Assembly (NCBI GenBank): GCA_012295275.1
Contig: CM022668.1
Span: 15,128,001-15,192,000 of the forward strand
DNA length: 64,000 nucleotides
From: Chrysomallon squamiferum
Taxonomy: Eukaryota > Animalia > Mollusca
Direction of reading: 5' to 3'
Of this stretch, positions 14,951-28,636 are shown piece after piece. How positions within the stretch are numbered: the stretch's first letter is position 1; every line of letters begins with the position of its first letter. Both the position numbers and the translations under genes were made by a program. Below the pieces are notes generated by a model that saw only the letters and a program-made list of their open reading frames with translations, was not told the DNA's origin and did no database searches.

Positions 14951-16275
14951 AGTATCAGCAATTACTTATTGTTTATCTGTGCTGCGTTCACTTGCTTTGC
15001 TCTACATACTGATGCTTCTATAATGGGTGACAGCTGTTGTGTTTGCTACTGAACCGCTCCAGGATAATGAAACAAAGGATCGTTAACACTGTACGCAATC
15101 GTTTCGGGGAGTTCGAAAAATGGTTTTTCGTTTGATGTTGTTGTTTTTTTTGGCTGAGGAAGGCTGTGTTTGGATGTTGTCGTTTATTACTTTCTCTTGT
15201 TGTTTTATCTGCGTTTTATGTTCCTTCTAAATTTTTTTTTTTTTTTTTTTAAATTCGTTTATACATATTTTTTTTTCTTCTGATTTTTGCATTGTTTTTG
15301 TCATTTTTTTTTTTTTTTTTTTTTAGTGTAATATATTTTTCTTTCGTGCAAAAGAAGTCAAAGTACAATTTAACATTCGGTGTGTGTGTGTGTTCGTGCG
15401 CGCGCGTGCGTGTGTGTGTGTGTATAAAAAAGTGCATACCTTAGCATGTCGTAATGGACATACAATCTTACGCATTTAACTATTTGTGTATGTTTCTATA
15501 TTATAATCATCATCATCATCACCATCATTATCAATATTATTATTATTAATGAATAAATTGCCTGTATCATCAACACCATCAATTGCCTTTTCACGGTAAT
15601 CATTCATCACCATCATCACCAACACTATCACCATCGTTATCATCATTACTCTTATAATCATTCCGATTCCGCTGCTGAAAAAAACTAAGTACGTAACCCT
15701 GACAAAAGCAGCAGCACTTGTCTCTGCCTTTCTACCCAATTGTTTCCCCCATCATATCTCTTTCCTATCACAACCAGGCATCGCTACATCCTGGATAACT
15801 TATTCCCGTCAGTTCACAATGGCAAAAACTCATCTATCATTTAAAATATATACATGCGGAACCGCCAGCAGATTACCTGATAATCTGTCAATGGCGTTGA
15901 ACTCAGACGGTATTTTCAGATATGGGAATGTCACCCGGTGACAGGTAGGTACAGAGTAAGTAGATAAGAGCGGATCTCCATTGAAATTCGTTGTGTCTCG
16001 TCCATCAGACGCAGGTGATTGTGTCTCACGTGCCTGTCTCAATGTATTTGTTACCGATGGGGCAAGGAAATATTGCTACAAGTGTGTGTACGTTTGTGTA
16101 CGTCTTCATAATTAAGTGTTTAAAAGAGTGACGTAGAGAGAGATAGATAGATAGAGTCAAAAATAGATGAATATCAAGACAAATATATATAAAGAATGAC
16201 AGACAGAAATATAAAGACAATTACAGAAGGAGAAGATAGAGAAAAGTGGAAAAATAGGATGGTGTATGAGATTTT

Positions 16276-16278
<3 letters not shown>

Positions 16279-16367
<89 letters not shown>

Positions 16368-16405
16368 AGAAAGAGAGAGAGACAGAGACAGACAGACAGA
16401 CAGAC

Positions 16406-16443
<38 letters not shown>

Positions 16444-16490
16444 AAGAAAGAGAGAGAAAAAGAGAGAGAGAGAAGAAGAAGAAGAAGAAG
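16279..16490. repeat. (GA)n/(GACA)n/(GAA)n compound microsatellite
   Basis: Directly visible. Confidence 0.95.
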
Positions 16491-16822
16491 TGTTGAAAAA
16501 TATAGATTAATTAAAAAAAAAAGTTGACAACAGATAAGGAGATAAAAAAAAAAAGACAACGAGCAAAGCTGACGCTATCTCAGTCTTTACCTGCGTCTCA
16601 TTTTTTTTTTAACATTTTCTTTTTTCATAAACTCGGAGCTATTTAGTCAGTTCTAAGTTCACGAAAAGCATTACCCTACGTCATTCTTGTGCATCAGCCA
16701 AACGCATTCCTGCAGAAGTTAGAACATTAGGAGTATCTTAAAACACGGAAAGAACTGACTTGCAGTTACTAATGTAGATATAACGTACCTTAATACACCA
16801 CATATTTATGTATATAAATACA

Positions 16823-16856
<34 letters not shown>

Positions 16857-17488
16857 AACCCACTGCAGTAACATAATTCTATTTGATTAATAACAGAACG
16901 TATTTGAAATCATGTTTATATTAAGTCGATTCAAATTTCAGATAAATTATGATTTCAAAACAGGCAAGCTGTGGTGTTTTATTACACAATAAAGCTCCTT
17001 GGAAAATAGACGCGCCTCTGTATTAGTTCTTAAACGTATATGAAACCTGCAATAATTCAGCGTTATTAAGAACAGATCGCGTTTGATATTTAGTATGTCG
17101 CTAGAGTTGTGTCGATTAAATTTCATCCACATTATGATTATGTGCTGTAGTTTATTGTGTGAACAGATGTCCCCTAAATCTTTATATCAGTTCACAAAGA
17201 TATGTAAAAGCAGTAACTGCATAATGCGAGGTGATTACAAAACAGAACGTGTTAAAGATTTAGACGTTTACATTTGATATAAATTATGATCTTAAATCGG
17301 GCAGGATTTTTTTTTTTTTTTTTTTTATTTATTATATTTTTAACTGCAGACAAAAAATCTAAATGTGCCTCAAAACTCCAAATCAGTTTTTTTAAACACA
17401 CATACAGTTGCTACAAACAGTGATATATAAAAACAAGATATCTTATAAAATTATAATTTAATAGTATACATGTGTTTTGTGTGTGTGA

Positions 17489-17521
<33 letters not shown>

Positions 17522-17750
17522 AGTGTATGTGTGTGTGTGTGTGTTTATGTGTGTCTATTGTTGTTGTTGTTGTTGTTATATATCATCATCATCATCATTT
17601 TAATTATTATTATTATTAATATTATTGTTGATACTGTCGTAGTTGCTGCTGCTGTTATTGTTAGTATCATTATTGTTATATTAGTGGTAGCAGTAGTAGT
17701 TACAGCAGTAGTGGTAGTACTGATAATAATATTACTAGTAGCGTGTGCAT

Positions 17751-17813
<63 letters not shown>

Positions 17814-18206
17814 TTCTTCTGTAAAAAATCTTGTTATTGTGTATTACCGTTTCTAGCATTACGTGTTTTAACATTGCATATAAACTATTAAACATGTAAA
17901 TATTTTTTTAAAAAGCAGAACAATTCATTATCATCAAGTCTAGGCTGACAAAACAAAAAAAAAAAAAAAAAAAAAAAGTGGTTTCAGATTTCGTGCAAAT
18001 TAAGTTCAGGAGTTACAGTTAATTAAATAATATTTTATTACAACATAATAAAAATACATCGTGAAAAATACACAGTGCTAAAATGTTAGTTATTAAACCA
18101 GTTTAATTTATATATAAATTATAATTATCGTATGGCTTGTGTAGTAGTTAACTACTATAAGATATTATTTGTAGAAAATGATATTCTTCAGCTTTCAATA
18201 AATCAA

Positions 18207-18254
<48 letters not shown>

Positions 18255-19497
18255 AAAACAAAATAAAGTAAACTAAATAAAAATAATAAACTAAATAAAT
18301 AAATAAATAAAAATAATAAACTAACTAACTAACTAAATAACTAAATAAATAAAAATTTTAAACTAATAATTAACTAACTAACTAATTAACTAACTAAATA
18401 ACTAACTAAATAAATTAAATTATTTTTTGGTTACAGAATGTGATGAAAACACTTCACGTTAAATATTTTGTTATTAAGTCACTTTAAAAGTCCCATAAAT
18501 AATGAATATCTTGCAAATAACATCTAACAGCTTAAGAGAAAAACACGTGTAGATCTTAACACTGTTAACACACCCACATTCTCTTACGTCTAGAAAGAAC
18601 GTTTTCAATTAAACACGTTAAAACTCCACATACATTAGGATCATTATGTAAGTATTGTCTAAAGGTGTATTCGTCATACGTTTATTGTAAATGTAAAATT
18701 ATAGTCTATTTTCACCGACGAGTCTGAAAATATTTTAAACAAACAAACAAATAAAAACCTGAAAAAAAAAAAATCGTTAGTCATCAATCAAAGTAAAGTT
18801 TGAATCATTTGTTTTATGCGTTGGAACTGAATAAATTTTAAAACTATTAGATTTATTCATAGATTTATTCAAAACATCTTTCACAGCATAAATTTCAGAA
18901 TTCAAATGTCTTACAAAATACTGGAAACTGTCTCTTTATGCTTAAATCCAGAAGAAAGAGGAATCTGCAAGAATAACCAAGGCAAATTACTTTTACTGAT
19001 GCAAAGGTTTAAAACAGCTGTTATAGGAAGTGTCTATAACAGGCGTGCTTGTACTTTCCTGATAAAACAATGTTGAGAATGTCTCTCTAACCAGATCCAA
19101 GGAATAATAAACCCAGGTTATGCCACATGCAGGATACAGAAGTGAATCGATGTTTTAAATCACAATATTTAACCGATGACTGATCTCATGATAAACATTA
19201 CTCCAGCAGCATATCCATGGAATCAATTATTTGATGCATATATTGGTAATGAAGTGAAAATAAAGTTATTATTTCAGATTACAGTTTGTTTTCAAGCGTA
19301 TCGAACCAGTTTTATGGTAGAAACTAGTGCCGAACTGTGTAATATACATAACAAATGTCAAATTTAAATGTATCTGTCATTTTAAACGTTCTAAATTAAT
19401 TGTCAGAGGTTACCGCCTCTCACAGGAGACTTGAAGACCAAGCATTGTTTTAATTACATGCATGCGAAGAACTCTGTTTTATTCGTATGACGAATAC

Positions 19498-19595
19498 TAT
19501 ATAAAAGGACGCGTGGTAAATCTGAAAATGATCAAACCACCAGAGAACGCTTGTTGTGGAAACAACATCTGACCTCGCCAGAGGTCATGGGGTCA
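19498..19595 (+). promoter_or_regulatory. TATA-like box followed by three nuclear-receptor half-sites (ER6 + DR2)
   Basis: TATATAAAAG 19498-19507; TGACCT 19570-75, AGGTCA 19582-87, GGGTCA 19590-95. Motif match only. Confidence 0.3.
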
Positions 19596-19799
19596 ACTAC
19601 CTTCACTTTATGTCTTCATCCAGGCATTTTTTATTATTTTTTTATTTTTTAAGGCTATCATCATATGGTACCTATTTAGTCAAACAAGCAGGTTCGTCCA
19701 GACATATCTGTTTTATTTCCTTTCTCGTAAATCTAGAATGTTCAGAATACCTGGCTCTGTTTGTTCAGAAAAGATGTATGAGAGGCCTACACACTGCTA

Positions 19800-20528
19800 C
19801 AGTGAACCCCCGTTTAACGGACGAATAGAACCAAACGAGTGTCCGTTGATACACACGTATGTCAAGCCGCAAATGTCCGTCTATACTAAAGTGCGTTAAG
19901 CTACAGTATTATTTTTCCCCACAGTTTAATAGTATATTATGTTCTGTGTTCTATATTTATTGCCGGTAATATGAAACATTTAATTAACGATCATTATTTG
20001 ATAATGTTTTAGTTTCACATCATTATAATTTCAATAACTTTAATAACAATATGAAATACTTAGTTAAAGTAGAGTCAGTTGATAACGTTTTAATATTATA
20101 ACATTGCAATTTTATTATTTTTAATAACAATAATATGAAATATTTAATTAAGAATCTATGATCACTGATAATTCACTTAATATATTATCTTTTTTAATAT
20201 ATTTAATAACAACAGTATGAAATATTTAATTAAGAAAGTATGTTCACTATCAAACAATAACACAAATATGAATATCAGATAATGTATGTTAATATCCCGA
20301 GGAGGGGCTGGGTATGAGACACCCACCCCACAAACCTACGCTGCACACACACGGTAACAACGTCACGCACGCCACTCACGCCACCCACACCTACCACAAC
20401 ATCCTCAACATCTGTTTACTCTTACAGGCATCTGCAAAAAATTCAAGCACCTACTTCGGAATGAAATAATTAATCTGCCCGATCTGCTGTCTGCTAAACT
20501 GGAATTCCGTTAAATCCAGGATTCACTG
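19800..20528. mobile_element. Non-autonomous Tc1/mariner-superfamily (pogo/Tigger-like) MITE, 729 bp
   Basis: Left end TA|CAGTGAACCCCCGTTTAACGGA; right end reverse-complemented TA|CAGTGAATCCTGGATTTAACGGA. TA target-site duplication at 19798-99 and 20529-30; subterminal TGTCCGT repeats; no transposase ORF. Confidence 0.8.
19965..20250. repeat. Degenerate ~80-bp tandem repeat (4 units) inside the MITE
   Basis: Variants of TATGAAATATTTAATTAA recur at about 19970, 20050, 20134 and 20216. Confidence 0.75.
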
Positions 20529-21129
20529 TAGCTGCTTCCTTTCGTTTCTCGAATCCAGCGTCCTAACGACAGACATTGGTAAGATTTTTTTTTGTTTTTC
20601 GTACTTTCCCCCCTCTATCGAAATCTCCTCTGGCTGTTTGAACGTTACAGAGGGGAATCTGTGTATCTGGCAAGTCTCGTTAGATAGGTATGTCTGTCAG
20701 TACGCACGTGAGGCTGGGTGATTTAGCTGCCGTGCGGAGAGGGAGGGGGGTGAAATAAGAAAGATGAAGTATTTTACTAAAGCCAAGTGACACGCGATAA
20801 AGACTCGCATATTGTGCATACCAGACAAAAGAAGTTGAGTGATTTTTTCCCGGCGCAGAGAAGCTGATTTATAAATTGGTTTGTCGAAGCCAAACGTGCA
20901 GCAGAAATGACAAAGAGCAGGCAGTTTTTGCAGACATATGATGATGACGGTGATGATGATAAAGATGATGATGGAATAGTAAAAATACCTACAACAACAA
21001 CAACAACAATAATAATAATAATAATTATTATTATCTTCATCATCACCAGCAGCAGCATCATCATCATATTTTTATTATTATTTATTATCTGCATCGTAAT
21101 TCGTTGTCACCATTATCTGTATCTTCATC

Positions 21130-21164
21130 ATCATTATTTATTATTATTATTATCATTATTATTA

Positions 21165-21199
<35 letters not shown>

Positions 21200-21280
21200 T
21201 CTTATTATTATTACTATTATTATTATTATTATTACTATTATTATTATTATCATTATTATTATTATCATTATTACTATTAC

Positions 21281-21340
<60 letters not shown>
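21130..21340. repeat. (ATT)n microsatellite
   Basis: Directly visible. Confidence 0.96.
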
Positions 21341-21980
21341 CAGTCTGCAATGAATCGAAACTACCGGAGCATATAACCTGAAGCAGATTTCTGCATGATA
21401 ATATTCAGTGACAATAAATAAATGTACCATTAAATAAATAATAATTAAATTTGCCAAGCGGACCATGAAAGACCGGTAATAAAACAAACAGACAAAAAAT
21501 AAAAATTAAAAAAAAAAAAATAAATAATAATAATAATAAAAATAATGAAATAATAATAATTTAAAAAAAATAAATAAATAAATAATAACAATAGTAAATA
21601 AATAAATAAATAAAACACAAATACAACACAAATACAGTACATATTCACACACTCACACACACACATTAATAATAAAATACTGCTATTGCCTTAACTACAA
21701 CTACTACGACTTCTACTGCTATTACTACCACTTATTCTACTATTATAACTACTACTGCGCCACTAATACTAACAATAACAGCAGCAACAACAACGACAGT
21801 ATCAATAATAATAATAATAATAAAATAATAATTACGTTAAAAAATAACAAAAAATTAACAAAAAAAGAATAATAATAACAACAATAAAACAACAATAATA
21901 ATAACAGTCTGAGTAACAATTACACAACAACAACGACTAAGACGTGTATCCGGTATACAGACTGTGTAATCTGTCATTAA

Positions 21981-22011
<31 letters not shown>

Positions 22012-22175
22012 TTAACTTAGTGTCCTCTTAACAACACACAATGAAAGGATGAAAAGAATTACGTGCAAAAGAGAACGAACAGCAAATTAATTATTTAATG
22101 AAGCATAAAACCAAAACAAAAACATATCTGCAGGCTTTAATATCAATTAGCGATATAGATCTGCTGATGCAAATG

Positions 22176-22237
<62 letters not shown>

Positions 22238-22693
22238 TTTACATAAATGCACACAGTGCACAAATATATTAAATCAACATAAAAAATAATAATTAAACAA
22301 GTTCTGTGCATATTTTATATATTCGTTTTTTTTTTTTATATTTCTAAAACTCCTTATGTAAAACAGAAAAAAAACTTTAGTTATAAAATAAAAACAATAT
22401 CCAAGTATGTTAACACAAAACATACAGTCAAATAATCACTAAACAAGATACTTAATATAAACGTAATATAAATTTTAAACTATTGTATCTCGCTTAAAAA
22501 TATTGATTTTTCGAACCGCACTGAGCAAATGTTAATAAATGACACAACTGTGATTATACAAACTCCTCAAATAAATGACGTACAGTAAACTTATCTAGTA
22601 TAAACATTATTCTAACAAGAGAATAATGTGTGAGTTCACAGCATCAGGTTTTGAATTCTCTCATTCCACTGTTTCTCACTCTTTCACTATTTC

Positions 22694-22890
<197 letters not shown>

Positions 22891-23301
22891 TTACAAACAT
22901 GAAGAAATCATTCATCAGAAATTTTCATTGAATTCCCTGATTATTAAACCTGCAATTAAATGATCGCATTACGAAATAAAATATCTAAACTCTCTAGCAT
23001 TTAACTCTTATATACAACATGATCTGCAGTAAAGAAATATTAAGTAATTACGTCGATCAAACTCCTCGATTATTCAACGTACAGTTAAAAATCGAAACTC
23101 ACCTCCGTGATACGATCACTTGTTACGTGTGCCACGTGTTACACGTTACCTAAGAGGACTGCCACTGTCATCTTTTTCTACCTAGTTTTCAATAATGGAA
23201 TAATCCTGAATAAAGACAAGACGAAGTGGAAGATGTGCCATCCAGTTATATTGTAGACGTGTGCTTTTCGTTACAATGAACAACAAAACACATACATACT
23301 C

Positions 23302-23342
<41 letters not shown>

Positions 23343-25599
23343 TATATGTATCTTGTTTCTGATCTTGTTATTATTGTAGTGGTTATTACTGTTGTGGTTC
23401 TTATTATTATTATTACTGTTACTACTACTACCACTACTGCTATGATTACTACTACTTCTGCTATTACTACTACTACCGCCACCACGTCTGCTACAACTAC
23501 TGTTCTAATACTGCCTTTTCTTTACTATAACCACAACTGCTGCTATTATATCTGTTACTAGTACTACCATTATAACTAGTGCATCTACTACTACTACTAC
23601 TACAGCTAGTATAACTATTGCTACTATTACAACTATAATACTGCATTTATTTCACTTCTTTTTGTCCTTTTTTCGTTAATTTATCTATTTATTTATTTAT
23701 TCAGTCAGTTTTTTATTTAGTTTTTTATAGTGATAATCTTAACATTCATTAATTTTGTGTTTATTTGTTTATGTCTGTTTAACAGTTATCGTTGAAAATT
23801 CATCAAAATTTATGTAGAACATCTGTTTACTTAGTAAGCAGTGCTTTAACTGTGTAAATACAACAGAATAACATTTAAAAAATCATTAAAGGAAAATATA
23901 TATATTTTATAAAATCCGTAACTTATTTCGATATTTAAGACTTTAGGTATATTTTTGTTTTTTGTATGTATTTTTATATTTATTTATTTATTCATTCATT
24001 CATTTATTTATTTATTTCGTTTTGTTAATTAATTATATATTTATTCACTGCCTTCAAATCCCCTTTGTCGTTGTTTTTTTGTTCTCTCTCTCTCTCTCTT
24101 TCTTTCATAATTTATTTTATTTTATTTTATCTATATTTTAATTAAATATTTTTTTTCTGTTCAATCATCAGAGCAGTGGCCTATTTTTAAACAAACAAAA
24201 AAATATTTTCTCAGTTCTCTTTTGTTATTTCACTGCAATCTGTTGCACGGAATCAATCCTTTTCTAGTTTGCGAAGGTCAGACGAATTTGTTTTAAAACG
24301 TTCGTTTGGATCAGAAGAGTCCGTATTGATCAGGTCGTAAGAACATCTGGTCAGGCATGCCTGTCGTGGACATTTGGAAGTACAGAACATCGATCTTAGT
24401 CAGCGTTAGATGTGTTAATAGGTTAGTGTTTGTTCATGTGATGTATGGTCATTTATGAATGTGGTTATTCGTCTTTTACGAAAAAATTTAATATGTCATA
24501 TTCGTCGCTATCATTAAGAACAGAAGGAAAATAATAATAATAATACTAATAATAGTATTATTATTATTGTTAGTAGTAGTAGTAGTAGTAGAAGTATTAG
24601 TATTATATTTATTATTATTTTTATTATTACTTTTTTATATATATTATTTATAATAATATATTATTGATATGTATATTCTGTGATGTTATACGGTAGAACT
24701 GTTATGATATTTTTGTTTTTGTATTGTAAATACAAAGAAATGTGGATTTTTGATTTGGTAATTAAGATCGACATACACTAGGACATACAGAAGAAAAAAC
24801 AGACACACATGTACTCACTACACACACACGTAAAAACAGCTGTGTTGACTTTCTCGAACCTGCGTTCAGCTGAATTCTGTGTGACACGAAACAAACACTC
24901 GTACTCAAATACACACACACTGTTCTCATCTACAGATAACATGCACACGCACACATTCCCTTTCACATAGACACACTTACAGACATGCCGACATACACAC
25001 ACATTCATTGTTCACACTCGCACAAACATACCACCTATTTATAAAGTTCAGACACTCACGCACACTTAAACACATAGTCACACTCGCATGTACATACACC
25101 GAATTTCTCCAGCTCTCTCTCACTCACATCCAGTCACACACACATTTACATTTGTGCAATACATATACATGCACCTAACATGTTAAGACAAAAATCACGT
25201 AACAAAACACCTGCCATCTCACAACATTAGCATCAACCCTGGTGAACTTTCACCAGGCACTTCCAGCCACGTTTTAAGTTCTTCTAGAGCAGGGACACGA
25301 TCACAAACGCAAGCTGAGGGTTAACCGAGGTAAGGTTTATTTACACTCGTAGTGAGCGATATGAAAACAGCCGGGAGAGAATGTAAACACAATGAAACCT
25401 GATCCTCAGACTATGTGTCAAACCGAGGACTGCGCTGTGGGTGCGCTATCGATGGTATCCCACGTGCTGTGGCTCTCTACAGATGATATCTGCACGGTCT
25501 TTTGTTGATAAGATGACTATCGACAATCCTGCACTCGCTGCACGGTATTCGCCCACTTTGGCATCACCGGGAAAGTCGAGAATGTTGCAGTGACTTCGT

Positions 25600-26432
25600 G
25601 TTAACCCTTTTAGTTTGTGTGTATAAAATACCTGGTTAAAACCCTTTTAGTTTGTGTGGATTATATACCTGGTTAAACCCTTTTAGTTTGTGTGTATTAT
25701 ATACTTGGTTAAAACCCTTTTAGTTTGTGTGTTTTATATACCTGGTTAGAACCCTTTTAGTTTGTGTGTTTTATATACCTGGTTAAAACCCTTTTAGTTT
25801 GTGTGTATTATATACTGGTTAAACCCTTTTAGTTTGTGTGTATTATATACCTGGTTAAACCTTTTTAGTTTGTGTGTATTATATACCTGGTTAAACTCTT
25901 TTAGTTTGTGTGTTTTATATACCTGGTTAAAACCCTTTTAGTTTGTGTGTATTATATACTTGGTTAAACCCTTTCAGTTTGTGTGTATTATATACTTGGT
26001 TAAACCCTTTTAGTTTGTGTGTTTTATGTATTTGGTTAAAACACTTTTAGTTTGTGTGTATAAAATACCTGGTTAAACCCTTTCAGTTTGTGTGTATTAT
26101 ATACTGGTTAAACCCTTTTAGTTTGTGTGTATTATATACTGGTTAAACCCTTTTAGTTTGTGTGTATTATATACCTGGTTAAAACCCTTTTAGTTTGTGT
26201 GTATTATATACTGGTTAAAACCCTTTTTGTTTGTTGTATTATATACTTGGTTAAACCCTTTTAGTTTGTGTGTATTATATACTTGGTTAAACCCTTTTTG
26301 TTTGTTGTATTATATACTTGGTTAAACCCTTTTTGTTTGTTGTATTATATACTTGGTTAAACCCTTTTTGTTTGTTGTATTATATACTTGGTTAAACCCT
26401 TTTTGTTTGTTGTATTATATACTTGATTAAAA
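25600..26432. repeat. ~38-bp minisatellite, about 22 head-to-tail copies
   Basis: Unit GGTTAAA(A)CCCTTTTAGTTTGTGTGTATTATATAC(C/T)T; no unique spacers. Confidence 0.97.
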
Positions 26433-26545
26433 CACCACTTTCCAGGCTCGCTGAGCTTTCAGAACTTTGTTTTCTTCCAGAGTATAGACTGCAGAGTACA
26501 CGAAATCTGTTTGGTTTCGTTGACTCGCAAAAACTTGTATTGGCT

Positions 26546-26593
<48 letters not shown>

Positions 26594-26812
26594 CCACTAA
26601 TAGAAGTTTGGGTAACCGAAAATAGAAATATATTTAAATTTGTTAGTGTAGAGATTACACAGATTTATAACCTGTTTTCATTAAAAAAAATAAAATAAAA
26701 TTTCTGATGATAGACATATCTTTGAAATGTTAGTTTTCATTGGTTCTACATCTGTCTTCAATCAAGATTCATAGATACCTTACACAAAGTGAAATAGTTA
26801 ATAAAAAAAGCA

Positions 26813-26843
<31 letters not shown>

Positions 26844-28004
26844 AATCAACATGAAAAAAACAATGAAATAAAACAAACATATATACGTGTGTGTGTGTGT
26901 GTGTGTGTGTGTAAAGAAATAATGCATAACAGATATCTATGCACATAATACGAATACATTTTATTATTAAACAATGCTTGCACTTAGACCATTACAAATG
27001 TTGGTAACAAACACCATGTACAAAATACGATCTTGAAAAAACTATTGTATATTCTGAAAGCTATGAGTAGAGGTATGTATTCTCTTTGTATTATTTTACA
27101 TCAGCTCAATACGATAAAAAGGAATGATGATGTACGAAGTCATACATAATATTAATATTGTACATATTAAGAATCCCATATAACTAAGAAGGTGCAACAA
27201 ACAGACTCCAAAAATGCTCCGTGATACGCACAAACATGATTAAAAGTCAGTTTGGTCGTGTATCACAATTACTTTCATAGCCACGATAATCCCACTGATA
27301 AATAAATAAATTTCAATCGCCAATAATCCTCTTCAAAGACGACATTTACTATAGAATTTATTAATTCTGTCATGCATTCGTCCAACTGAAGAATTGGATG
27401 AATTCCGTTATCGTTATTTTATTTATTTTCAGACACACAAACGAACGTACGAAAGCACAAACACATACACACATGCTCATAAATCCTGATATACAAACAT
27501 ACATATACAAATACATACATACATACATACATACATACATACATACATACATACATACATACACATACATACACAGATAAATACATACATACATACATAC
27601 ATACATACATACATACACATACATACACAGACACACACATATATATATATAATACGCAAGCAAGTAAAACGTTAATATTTAATGAAATAGACCGAATGCG
27701 ATATTCTGTTTAATATATAAGCACATATGCCACATAAACAAACAGGAAAGGTATAAACATGTCTGTTTAATTTATCATATTTTTTTTTTTTTAACTAAAC
27801 CCCACTGATTTATAAATTTACTCTCTTGGAATCCGAGCTGGCTGGTTGTAAGATATAATGCAATCAAAATACCAGTCGTATATCTTTACAATTTACAACG
27901 CAGAGACTTGGTGTCACTAATGAAGTAAATTTGCACTGAAATGTTGTTGTGGTTTTGTTTTACGTTTATATAGATATTGAATTGCTTCAGATGGCCTGTC
28001 TACT

Positions 28005-28201
<197 letters not shown>

Positions 28202-28587
28202 TGCGTGCGGATTGGTTGATAGGTAAAGAGACAGATAAATAGATCGACAAACGAACAGGTAGAAATACAAATGAATGGATGGATGGATGATGGAAAGCGC
28301 GTACAGAAAGAGAGACAGAAAGAGAGACAAACGGACAGAGCTAAGCTGACTTCTAGAACTGACTGGAAAGGAAATGAGGAAGATTAAAATACCTAATTAA
28401 CCCCAGGCAGTAACCAGTACTGTGAAGCGATCTCTGCTGCTTTCATTTTAAAACCGTTTAGCTTAACCACTTTGTCACCGAGACTTGTACAACAACACTG
28501 AAAAAACAGTCGGTCGCGCATTTCGATAACAGAATCAAAGACCAAACAAGATCCGGCTGAAAAATAAATAAATTTCACTCCCTCATA

Positions 28588-28636
<49 letters not shown>

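Noticed and set aside
15830-16042. 70-aa non-repetitive minus-strand ORF passing a phase-1 donor (cag|gtaatc)
   Set aside because: Starts at TTG with no in-frame ATG, no convincing acceptor and no recognisable homology.
25238-25257. Short perfect hairpins (CCTGGTGA/TCACCAGG here; GTTCCAGA/TCTGGAAC near 59717)
   Set aside because: 8-bp stems are expected by chance in 64 kb, and there is no supporting context.
25600-26432. CRISPR array or telomeric repeat (unit of CRISPR-like length; contains TAAACCCT)
   Set aside because: Units are contiguous with no unique spacers, there are no cas genes and the context is eukaryotic; the telomere-like word is not tandemly repeated.
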